A stretch of 32,000 nucleotides of DNA. Source: an uncultured Nitrospiraceae bacterium (GTDB lineage: Bacteria > Nitrospirota > Thermodesulfovibrionia > Thermodesulfovibrionales > UBA6898). How positions within the stretch are numbered: the first letter of the stretch is position 1; each line of letters opens with the position of its first letter. The position numbers and the translations under genes were made by a program. The stretch is taken from NCBI GenBank assembly GCA_964463135.1, contig CAYXBA010000003.1, positions 228,012 to 260,011 of the forward strand. Reading direction: 5' to 3'. This document shows positions 8,610 to 15,100 of this stretch, piece after piece. The notes beneath the pieces were generated by a model. That model saw only the letters and a program-made list of their open reading frames with translations, searched no databases and was not told the DNA's origin.

Positions 8610-9170
8610 CTAGCATTTTCCTCTTAACATGAGAAGTATGCCAACAAGAATGATCAATAAGAGACCACCGAAGATCAGCTCTGCAATATGTTTGGATACC
8701 TTTTTCTTGCCATCGAGCAACTCGAGGGCGCTACTCTCAACTGTGATATTGGGATTAGTTCTAATAATTTCTCTGATAAAATCTTCGGTATTGGTGAAGA
8801 ACACCGGGCTCAAAACTAATAAGTTGTCAGTCCCCTGCCAGAAGGCACTTCTGACGATCGAGGGATCAAAACCTATTCTGTAAATATAGTTGCCAGAATT
8901 AGAAACAGCGTCTACGGTCAGGATTTTTGCCAGCGGCAGTTCCCGGCGCATGCCCAGAAACATAAGACCTTTCAATTTAAGTCTATCTTCATGCAGTTCA
9001 ATTGAGGAGTCCAACTTCCAGTACAAAACTAGACATAGAATGAGGCACGGCCAAAGCCAGTTAATATTCGTAATTATGTCTTTTTTAATCCCGATTGCGC
9101 CTATAAACAGTGGTAACAGTGCGAACAGAAATCGCGGCCAAAATTTATGTTTTGCCTCTTTAATTTTCAT
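8610..9170 (-). CDS. hypothetical membrane protein (two N-terminal TM helices, soluble middle, C-terminal TM)
   Basis: 186-aa ORF in a low-GC stretch. TM helices FLFALLPLFIGAIGI, WLWPCLILCLVLYW and LIFGGLLLIILVGILLML. I recognise no family. Confidence 0.5.
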   Translation of the reverse strand: MKIKEAKHKFWPRFLFALLPLFIGAIGIKKDIITNINWLWPCLILCLVLYWKLDSSIELHEDRLKLKGLMFLGMRRELPLAKILTVDAVSNSGNYIYRIGFDPSIVRSAFWQGTDNLLVLSPVFFTNTEDFIREIIRTNPNITVESSALELLDGKKKVSKHIAELIFGGLLLIILVGILLMLRGKC

Positions 9171-9257
9171 TTATTTCTTCGTCTAGCAACTTATTAAATA
9201 GCCCGAGAGGCGAACGCCAAATTAGCTTGATTGCAGTGTTATATGGCACTGTCCTCA

Positions 9258-9914
9258 TCACTGCCCACCATTACTCGTGACTCCCACAACTAGAAATATT
9301 GAGTAAACGGCATTGAGAAGCAAGCAAAGGAGTAGTGCTGCTTTCTTTGGATAACCAGCATAACCCTTAAATGCTACCCAACAGCTAACAGCCGGCAGTA
9401 TGAGAAATATTAAATATCCGAGTGGAGCGCCCTGCTCTGACAAAGCAATCGCGTTTCGGAATGATGAGGTCAACCCTAACATTGCGCCGATTGCTATCCC
9501 TATTGGCGTCAGCAACATGCTGGCCAGATACCAAAACGTTGAATTACCACCATCAAGGGTGATTTCGTTTTTTAAATCGGCAAGGCCACTTTCTTTTTGT
9601 CGAGTCTTATTGATGCGCCCAACAGCGTCGCTGGCAAACCGAAAATAGTTTTTGCCTATGCTCTTAACCTCATCAGTAAGCTGATCTATGCTTTCGCGTG
9701 AAGGAGGCTCGCCAACTTTCACCCCTTCGTTAAATAATTGTTTCGCCTCCTGCCGCTTCTCCTTAAGTTGATCTTTAAATTCATGCCTTTTTTGGTCAAG
9801 TTCCTTTTCGATCGGCTTGTCAGTGTCAAAATTCTTACGCACTAAGGGTGAAATAAATAGGAATATCACGGCGATGACGACGAGCGGTGCGAAAATAATG
9901 AGAAGCAAATTCAT
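9258..9914 (-). CDS. hypothetical membrane protein (N-terminal TM, charged helix, C-terminal multi-TM)
   Basis: 218-aa ORF in a low-GC stretch. N-terminal TM LLLIIFAPLVVIAVIFLFI, a Lys/Glu-rich helix (EKELDQKRHEFKDQLKEKRQEAKQ), then 3-4 TM helices. I recognise no family. Confidence 0.5.
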   Translation of the reverse strand: MNLLLIIFAPLVVIAVIFLFISPLVRKNFDTDKPIEKELDQKRHEFKDQLKEKRQEAKQLFNEGVKVGEPPSRESIDQLTDEVKSIGKNYFRFASDAVGRINKTRQKESGLADLKNEITLDGGNSTFWYLASMLLTPIGIAIGAMLGLTSSFRNAIALSEQGAPLGYLIFLILPAVSCWVAFKGYAGYPKKAALLLCLLLNAVYSIFLVVGVTSNGGQ

Positions 9915-10030
9915 GTTATTAATTTATCTTCCTGTCTATATGACACATATTTTTTCATATTGCATGCGTTTTTTTGATAAGTATAGGGGCAAATGGGGGC
10001 ATCGTCAAGAAAAATTAACCCACCCCTCCG

Positions 10031-10046
10031 CCCCTCCAGGGAGGGG
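10031..10046. repeat. perfect palindrome CCCCTCC-AG-GGAGGGG in the intergenic region downstream of the cytochrome gene
   Basis: Read directly: 7-nt arms at 10031-10037 and 10040-10046. It lies 59 nt downstream of the minus-strand stop at 10105. On the minus strand a T-run follows only about 16 nt later, so it is not a canonical intrinsic terminator. Confidence 0.35.
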
Positions 10047-10104
10047 ACTATAAGAAAGGGCTATCTGAATTAGCGAAAAGAATTAATTGCAGGAGATTAT
10101 GCTT

Positions 10105-10344
10105 TTACTTCTTATGGCAGTTGATACAGAGGGGGTCTGAGATCATCTGGGCTGCGCGCTCGTCAGGGGCTTTCTTTACCTGACCCATGCCATGGCATTT
10201 GAAGCAGTCCTTATATCCGAGTGCCTCATGCATCTTCCGCATCTTCGGATTCTTGCTGTGGCATTCGTTGCAGGCCGCATCCGGCAGAGATGCCGTGCAA
10301 AGAAGCAATGAGGCGGTCGTGAACAACGCGATCAGAATCTTCAT
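10105..10344 (-). CDS. small periplasmic triheme cytochrome c (c7-like)
   Basis: 79 aa. Signal peptide MKILIALFTTASLLLCTASL. Three CxxCH motifs (CNECH, CFKCH, CINCH). It ends CHKK, as c7-type cytochromes do. Confidence 0.8.
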   Translation of the reverse strand: MKILIALFTTASLLLCTASLPDAACNECHSKNPKMRKMHEALGYKDCFKCHGMGQVKKAPDERAAQMISDPLCINCHKK

Positions 10345-10388
10345 GCTTTTATTATGAGAATTCTATAAGTAAGCGTATATGATCAAGG

Positions 10389-10817
10389 TCATACGTCCCG
10401 GCAGGAGGAAAGGCGCCTGATGATCTCTTCATTTGCCGCCGGAAATTCGTATGAGCAGAGGTCATCAGGCAGGACCCATTTCACCTCATCATGCACATGC
10501 GGCGTGATATCTCCCGAGATATGCTTCACGCGGTATGCAAGCAGCTCGACAGAAAGATGCTCGTAGTCGTAGCAGCTTGAACAGATAAAGTCTTCAACCC
10601 CGGTCTCGATGCCCAGCTCCTCATGAAGCTCTCTTTTCAGCGCCTCTTCCGCTGTCTCGCCCGGATCGATCTTTCCTCCCGGAAACTCCCATTTGCCGGC
10701 GAGCTTGTCCCCCTGCCGCCGCTTCGCGATCAGCACCTTACCGTCCTTCTCGATCACCGCCGCAACAACCTTTACCAGTGTTTGCTTTTTCATTTTCATC
10801 GCTTTATTGTAAATCAT
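10389..10817 (-). CDS. Nudix hydrolase, MutT-like
   Basis: The Nudix box is intact: GGKIDPGETAEEALKRELHEELGI. Preceded by KWEFPGG. The true start may be an internal Met (MKMKKQTLV, codon at 10797-10799). Confidence 0.85.
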   Translation of the reverse strand: MIYNKAMKMKKQTLVKVVAAVIEKDGKVLIAKRRQGDKLAGKWEFPGGKIDPGETAEEALKRELHEELGIETGVEDFICSSCYDYEHLSVELLAYRVKHISGDITPHVHDEVKWVLPDDLCSYEFPAANEEIIRRLSSCRDV

Positions 10818-11675
10818 ATGTCAGATGAAAAGAGAAGTATTGAGCAGATACGGACAAGAGGATTGACCGCACAAACGATCAGAAGCTTCCGGAAACTCAT
10901 CTATCAGCATTATCATGAACATGCACGCCCCATGCCGTGGCGCAGGACAAAAGATCCCTACCGCATACTTATATCAGAGGTCATGCTCCAGCAGACACAG
11001 GTCGAACGGGTGCTGGTAAAATACCGCGAGTTCATCCGGGCCTTCCCGAACTTTTCGCAACTGGCAAAGGCAGAGCTTTCGGAGGTCCTGAAGGTCTGGC
11101 AGGGCATGGGGTACAACAGGCGGGGTATCGCCCTAAAGAGACTGGCTGAGATCGTCATGCAGGGGCACAAAGGCAAACTCCCTTCTGATCCTGAGGAGCT
11201 GATCAAGCTGCCGGGCATTGGCAGATATTCCGCAGCAGCCATCCATACGTTCGCAACGAACAGCCCGACCCTTTTTATCGAAACCAATATCAGACGGGTC
11301 TATATTCATTTCTTCTTTGGCGACAGGGAAGGAATCAGGGATGATGAGATCATGCAGCTTGTCGAAAAGACGATGGACACGGAGAACCCGCGGGAGTGGT
11401 ACTATGCGCTGATGGACTACGGCGTCAAGCTGAAGAAAGAGGTGACCAATCCAAACCGCAGAAGTGCCCACTACACAAAACAGTCAAGGTTCGAAGGTTC
11501 GGACCGCCAGGTGCGCGGTGCGATACTGAAGGCCCTGCTCCAAAAGCAGGGAATGACCAAGCTGGCGCTCAAAACAAAGATCTCAATTGTTCCGGATAAT
11601 TTCGATCAGATAGTTGACGGGCTTATTGCCGAAGGGTTCCTGAAGAAAGCGGGGAACAGGCTCCTGATCTCCTGA
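10818..11675 (+). CDS. HhH-GPD DNA glycosylase, MutY/EndoIII-like but without Fe-S cluster cysteines; winged-helix-like C-terminus
   Basis: The track ORF starts at 10623, antisense inside the Nudix gene. I start at ATG 10818 (MSDEKRSIEQ). Motifs: PWRRTKDPYRILISEVMLQQTQV, and the HhH LIKLPGIGRYSAAAI. The position of the MutY DGNV reads IETNIRRV. There is no Cys anywhere after the HhH, so no 4Fe-4S loop. No Nudix-like C-terminal domain. Confidence 0.7.
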   Translation: MSDEKRSIEQIRTRGLTAQTIRSFRKLIYQHYHEHARPMPWRRTKDPYRILISEVMLQQTQVERVLVKYREFIRAFPNFSQLAKAELSEVLKVWQGMGYNRRGIALKRLAEIVMQGHKGKLPSDPEELIKLPGIGRYSAAAIHTFATNSPTLFIETNIRRVYIHFFFGDREGIRDDEIMQLVEKTMDTENPREWYYALMDYGVKLKKEVTNPNRRSAHYTKQSRFEGSDRQVRGAILKALLQKQGMTKLALKTKISIVPDNFDQIVDGLIAEGFLKKAGNRLLIS

Positions 11676-11677
11676 AA

Positions 11678-11703
11678 CGGCAGGGACTTTGCTGATCCTG
11701 CCG
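11678..11703. terminator. possible bidirectional hairpin between convergent genes
   Basis: CGGCAGG (11678-11684) and CCTGCCG (11697-11703) form a 7-bp stem with a 12-nt loop. It lies between the stops at 11675 (+) and 11720 (-). There is no good T-tract. Confidence 0.3.
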
Positions 11704-11719
11704 GCGCTTCCTGAACCTT

Positions 11720-12553
11720 TTACGACTCGCGAATGGTCTGCTGTGTTGTATCTGCAGAGAGCCTCTTGCTGGTCTTCTGCTCATACATCAGGCTGTCTCC
11801 GCGTGCCAGCAGCTCATCGATCGAGACAGGGGCATCCGACCGGTAATCGACAATGCCGAAGCTGAGAGCAAGCCGGTAAGGCCTGGCCTTTTCAGCGTTA
11901 TGCAGTTCGATATTCCTGTTGATACGTTCGGTTATAAGGGAAACCGTCTCGCCGGTCGTTCCGACCGGCACGGCAACAAATTCGTCACCGCCGACACGCG
12001 CGATAATATCTGATTCGCGGAACGTCTCCTTCAGGATCTCGGCTATCTCGACAAGGGCCAGATCGCCTTCCTGGTGGCCGTGTGTGTCATTGATCTCTTT
12101 CAGATTATCCATGTCAGCATAAAAGATGTGGATATCGTTCTTGCCCCTGGCCGCCATCTTCAGCTGCTGCTCGACAAGCGTGAAGAAACCCCTGCGGTTG
12201 TAAAGACCGGTAAGTTCATCCCGGGTCGATAACGCGTATAACCTCTCCTCGACCTGCTTGCGTTCCTCGATCTCCCTGACAAGCGCCTCTTCGGTCCTCT
12301 TCTGCTTCAAAAACATCCTGGACACGCTAAGGCCAAACAGAAGGAAGGCCGCTGAGACGAGCAGACGAAAGGCGACTTCCTTTTTGTTAAAGACAAGAAG
12401 TGACAGGAAGGGTTCGTCATAATGAATGAGATAATCCACAACAGCATCGACAAACCAGAAGCTGACTGCCCCGAATATTGCGAGCATGATGATGCGGTGA
12501 CTTTTACTGAACATTTCCTTCATCCCCCCGGAAGAATGGTCATTTTTGTTCAT
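11720..12553 (-). CDS. membrane-anchored diguanylate cyclase (GGDEF domain)
   Basis: 277 aa. Two N-terminal TM helices and a coiled linker. Motifs TGLYNRRGF and active site RVGGDEFVAV. The I-site RESD sits five residues upstream of GGDEF. Confidence 0.85.
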   Translation of the reverse strand: MNKNDHSSGGMKEMFSKSHRIIMLAIFGAVSFWFVDAVVDYLIHYDEPFLSLLVFNKKEVAFRLLVSAAFLLFGLSVSRMFLKQKRTEEALVREIEERKQVEERLYALSTRDELTGLYNRRGFFTLVEQQLKMAARGKNDIHIFYADMDNLKEINDTHGHQEGDLALVEIAEILKETFRESDIIARVGGDEFVAVPVGTTGETVSLITERINRNIELHNAEKARPYRLALSFGIVDYRSDAPVSIDELLARGDSLMYEQKTSKRLSADTTQQTIRES

Positions 12554-12696
12554 GAAACAGCGTTATGCCCGAAATAGTAATATAATCAGGCACGAATTGG
12601 CAATACAAAACGCGGTTTGTCCGTTTTCTGCTGCCGCAGCATCCTGTCTGCCCATTCTCCGGTTGCTTTGATGAAGGTCCTGTAATAAAATGGGGC

Positions 12697-13572
12697 ATGG
12701 ACGAATTACTGCACCAGATCGCTCTTCTGAACAAAAGCCTTGAACGTATCGCGACTTCACTCTCTCCCTCAATCGACACCGCTGTGCTCGACCGTTTCAC
12801 GGCATTCAAATGTTCGTCGCGTAATGACCAGCTCCTGCTGAAAGGCATTGCAGCACCTGATCCCATCTCCTTTGCCGAGATCATCGGCATTGAGGAACTG
12901 CTCCATGAACTGAGGGAGAACACCGAGCAGTTCCTTCAGGGTCTGCCGTGTAACAACGTCCTGCTGTACGGGCCACGGGGGACAGGCAAATCCTCTGCAG
13001 TCAAGGCCCTACTCACTGCCTATGCAGACCGGGGTCTCAGGATGGTCGAGATGCCGCGGGACGCGCTCGCTCATATCCTTGACATGGCAGATATCATCAG
13101 GGACCGGGAAGAGAAGTTCATCGTATTCTGCGATGACCTCACCTTTGAAGAGGATGAAAGATCCTACCGTCATATCAAGACCGTGCTCGAGGGCGGCCTT
13201 GAGACAAGACCCTCGAACATGCTGATCTATGCCACATCGAACCGCAGACATCTCATGCCGGAATTGATCGAAGAGAACCAGCGCGATCCAAAGGGGGAGC
13301 TCCACCCGGAAGATGCATTAGAAGAAAAGATATCCCTGTCCGACCGCTTTGGCCTGAGGCTGGGGTTCCAGTATTTTGATTTTGACACGTATTTCGATAT
13401 TGTCAGAAACTATGCAAAGATCAGAAAGATCAGGGTTGACCGTGAGGAACTGAGACGACTGGCAATGCAGTGGTCCATTTCCAGCGGCAGTTTTTCAGGC
13501 AGAACAGCACGCCAGTTCATCGACAGCCTTGAAGGAAGGCTCCGTCTCAGGAAAAAGCATCCAAAGTGGTAA
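12697..13572 (+). CDS. DUF815-type AAA ATPase
   Basis: 291 aa. Walker A YGPRGTGKSS and Walker B FIVFCDDLTF. The overall layout is typical of DUF815 proteins. Confidence 0.7.
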   Translation: MDELLHQIALLNKSLERIATSLSPSIDTAVLDRFTAFKCSSRNDQLLLKGIAAPDPISFAEIIGIEELLHELRENTEQFLQGLPCNNVLLYGPRGTGKSSAVKALLTAYADRGLRMVEMPRDALAHILDMADIIRDREEKFIVFCDDLTFEEDERSYRHIKTVLEGGLETRPSNMLIYATSNRRHLMPELIEENQRDPKGELHPEDALEEKISLSDRFGLRLGFQYFDFDTYFDIVRNYAKIRKIRVDREELRRLAMQWSISSGSFSGRTARQFIDSLEGRLRLRKKHPKW

Positions 13573-13586
13573 GCTGAGAAACTACC

Positions 13587-13607
13587 GGTTCGTCAATATT
13601 GACAACC
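13587..13607. promoter_or_regulatory. palindromic operator-like site overlapping a sigma70-like -35 box
   Basis: GGTTCGTCAATATTGACAACC has a perfect 12-bp core palindrome, GTCAATATTGAC (13592-13603). TTGACA (13599-13604) is followed after 17 nt by TAGATT (13622-13627), about 35 nt upstream of the ATG at 13664. Confidence 0.35.
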
Positions 13608-13663
13608 AGGACTCCGGATGCTAGATTGACCGCATCAATTGCAACATTAAAAGTGGGAAAGAC

Positions 13664-13873
13664 ATGTTTAAAGAAAGCAGGGCGTTACTAATCGCAGGGA
13701 TCTTTCTGATTCTCATTTCAGGCTGCGCATCACAGCATATGAGACCGGCAGGACCCGATGCCCCCTGCGGCGGCTGCACTGCCGCAGGGCTTTCCCTGAA
13801 GAAATGGATCTATCGCTTAAATTCTTTTTCGACCGTCTCCTTTATCTGCTGCACCGTATATCCTTTTTTGTAA
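13664..13873 (+). CDS. possible small lipoprotein (doubtful)
   Basis: The N-terminus is a good lipoprotein signal (LLIAGIFLILISGC). The last ~21 codons are antisense to the read-through extension of the PCYCGC gene, and the ORF contains the strong hairpin 13763-13789. The RBS is weak. Confidence 0.3.
   Translation: MFKESRALLIAGIFLILISGCASQHMRPAGPDAPCGGCTAAGLSLKKWIYRLNSFSTVSFICCTVYPFL
13763..13789 (-). terminator. GC-rich hairpin downstream of the copper/PCYCGC operon
   Basis: CCCTGCGGC (13763-13771) and GCCGCAGGG (13781-13789) form a perfect 9-bp stem with a 9-nt loop. It lies about 20 nt after the minus-strand TAG at 13810-13812. No clear U-tract follows. Confidence 0.4.
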
Positions 13874-14217
13874 AGCTCGGAAGCCCGCAGGGCCTCCCCT
13901 AAACAGATATCTCAAACCGAAGCATGATTGTCAACATAGCAGCTCAGCAGGCTCTTATGCCTGAAGGTCGGAGATTCCTTGCACATGCAGAAGCAGTAGA
14001 TACTGTCCAGGACCCACGGGATTTCCCTTGCTGCCTGATAGGCAGCTTTCACGCGGGCATCGTTGAATTTTCCAGGATCAAGTGTTGCCCTTGTCTCCCC
14101 TTTCCTGAGTGACTGATCATACGTGCCCGAAAGTTCTTTCTGGGCGCCTTCCGAAACAGCTGCCATCAAGAGAACAGGCAGGATAATTACAGCAAGTATT
14201 GCACTAAGCCATTTCAT
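13810..14217 (-). CDS. PCYCGC-family secreted protein with in-frame TGA at 13912-13914 (candidate selenocysteine, U-x-x-C)
   Basis: The track ORF 13912-14217 ends ...SIYCFCMCKESPTFRHKSLLSCYVDNHASV then TGA. The same frame continues for 33 codons without a stop (DICLGEALRASELYKKGYTVQQIKETVEKEFKR) to TAG 13810-13812. Signal peptide MKWLSAILAVIILPVLLMAA. The CxCxC motif is CFCMC. A hairpin lies 14 nt after the TGA. Confidence 0.6.
13879..13897 (-). promoter_or_regulatory. candidate bacterial SECIS hairpin for TGA 13912-13914
   Basis: Minus-strand RNA GGAGGCCC-UGC-GGGCUUCC forms an 8-bp stem with one G:U pair. That pair would be an A:C mismatch on the other strand. The stem starts 14 nt after the UGA. 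Confidence 0.5.
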
Positions 14218-14280
14218 CTTCTCATCACCTCCTCTGCAATTGTTTTTACCTATTCGATGCCGAACATTCCGACAGAATTC

Positions 14281-15099
14281 CTAATTACCCGAAGGTTTCG
14301 GCTTTTGTGGCGGTTCCTGGAACACATCCATTATCAGATCGATGCTGTGTGTCTGACCGTTATGCCTGAACTCGGCGAATACCACCCTTTTCCCGGGTTT
14401 CATAAAGACCGCGCTCACCGCAACCTCCGGGCCGCCGAGGTTCTGTTTCGGCGTCACATAAATAAATTCCTGAAGGTCCGCATTCCATGAAGCGAGTGTC
14501 ATGTCAGCACCATTCACTTTTTCGATATCCTTGATCGGTTCCCCGTTGTAGGACAGAACAAAAAGAAAGGTTGCTACATGATCAGCATAGACTTTCTGCG
14601 GGATGAGCTTTACCTTCACGTCATATCCTTTATCCTTATCAGTGTCATCCGCCTGCTTTCCGGCTCCCTTCAGTTTGATATCCTTCTTCAGGTTCAGCCA
14701 ACCTTTTTCAGACCTAAAAACGAACTCAAATCGGTACGTGCCGGACTTGGGAGTGAGAAAGGAGAATGAATACCTGCCATCGCCAAGAACAGGCCTGATA
14801 TGCTGAAAGAAATGGAGATCGTTGTCTGTGACAAACAGATGCATCTCCTGGATCTGTTCAGCCTTTTCCTGCCTCACTTCAAACGTAAACCGTCCGTCAA
14901 CAGGAGCGGCCGGGATTCCGGAATTCATGATTATCTCATATCCTCCGGGGTCCCTGACCACATGCCAGATATAGGGCTTCTCATTGTGTGTATCCGGTAT
15001 GACCAGCACCTCCTGATCAAGGTCGAGCTGTCCATAGGCAGCTGAAGCCAAGGCCGTCAGCATCATTATCAGGGCCGTCAGAATTCCTTTCATCTTCAC
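14281..15099 (-). CDS. periplasmic two-domain Ig-like (YtkA/FixH-like) protein, probable metal handling
   Basis: 272 aa. Signal peptide MKMKGILTALIMMLTALASAAYG. Two beta-rich halves. The motif MHLFVTDNDLHFFQHIRPVLGDGRYSFSFLTPKSGTYRFEFVF is of the kind seen in periplasmic proteins next to copper exporters. It begins 1 nt after the upstream stop. Confidence 0.5.
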   Translation of the reverse strand: MKMKGILTALIMMLTALASAAYGQLDLDQEVLVIPDTHNEKPYIWHVVRDPGGYEIIMNSGIPAAPVDGRFTFEVRQEKAEQIQEMHLFVTDNDLHFFQHIRPVLGDGRYSFSFLTPKSGTYRFEFVFRSEKGWLNLKKDIKLKGAGKQADDTDKDKGYDVKVKLIPQKVYADHVATFLFVLSYNGEPIKDIEKVNGADMTLASWNADLQEFIYVTPKQNLGGPEVAVSAVFMKPGKRVVFAEFRHNGQTHSIDLIMDVFQEPPQKPKPSGN

Positions 15100-15100
15100 C

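Noticed and set aside
10031-10046. CCCCTCC-AG-GGAGGGG as an intrinsic terminator of the cytochrome gene
   Set aside because: The spacer allows only a strained loop, and the U-run on the minus strand is about 16 nt away. It is recorded as a palindrome, not a terminator.
10623-10817. N-terminal 65 codons of the track ORF 10623-11675
   Set aside because: This part is entirely antisense to the well-supported Nudix gene and has no glycosylase-like sequence. The glycosylase homology begins after Met at 10818.
12540-12923. Minus-strand ORFs 12540-12923 and 12563-12772 in and around the divergent promoter region
   Set aside because: They overlap the DUF815 gene start antisense, have no RBS or motif, and would leave no promoter space for either flanking gene.
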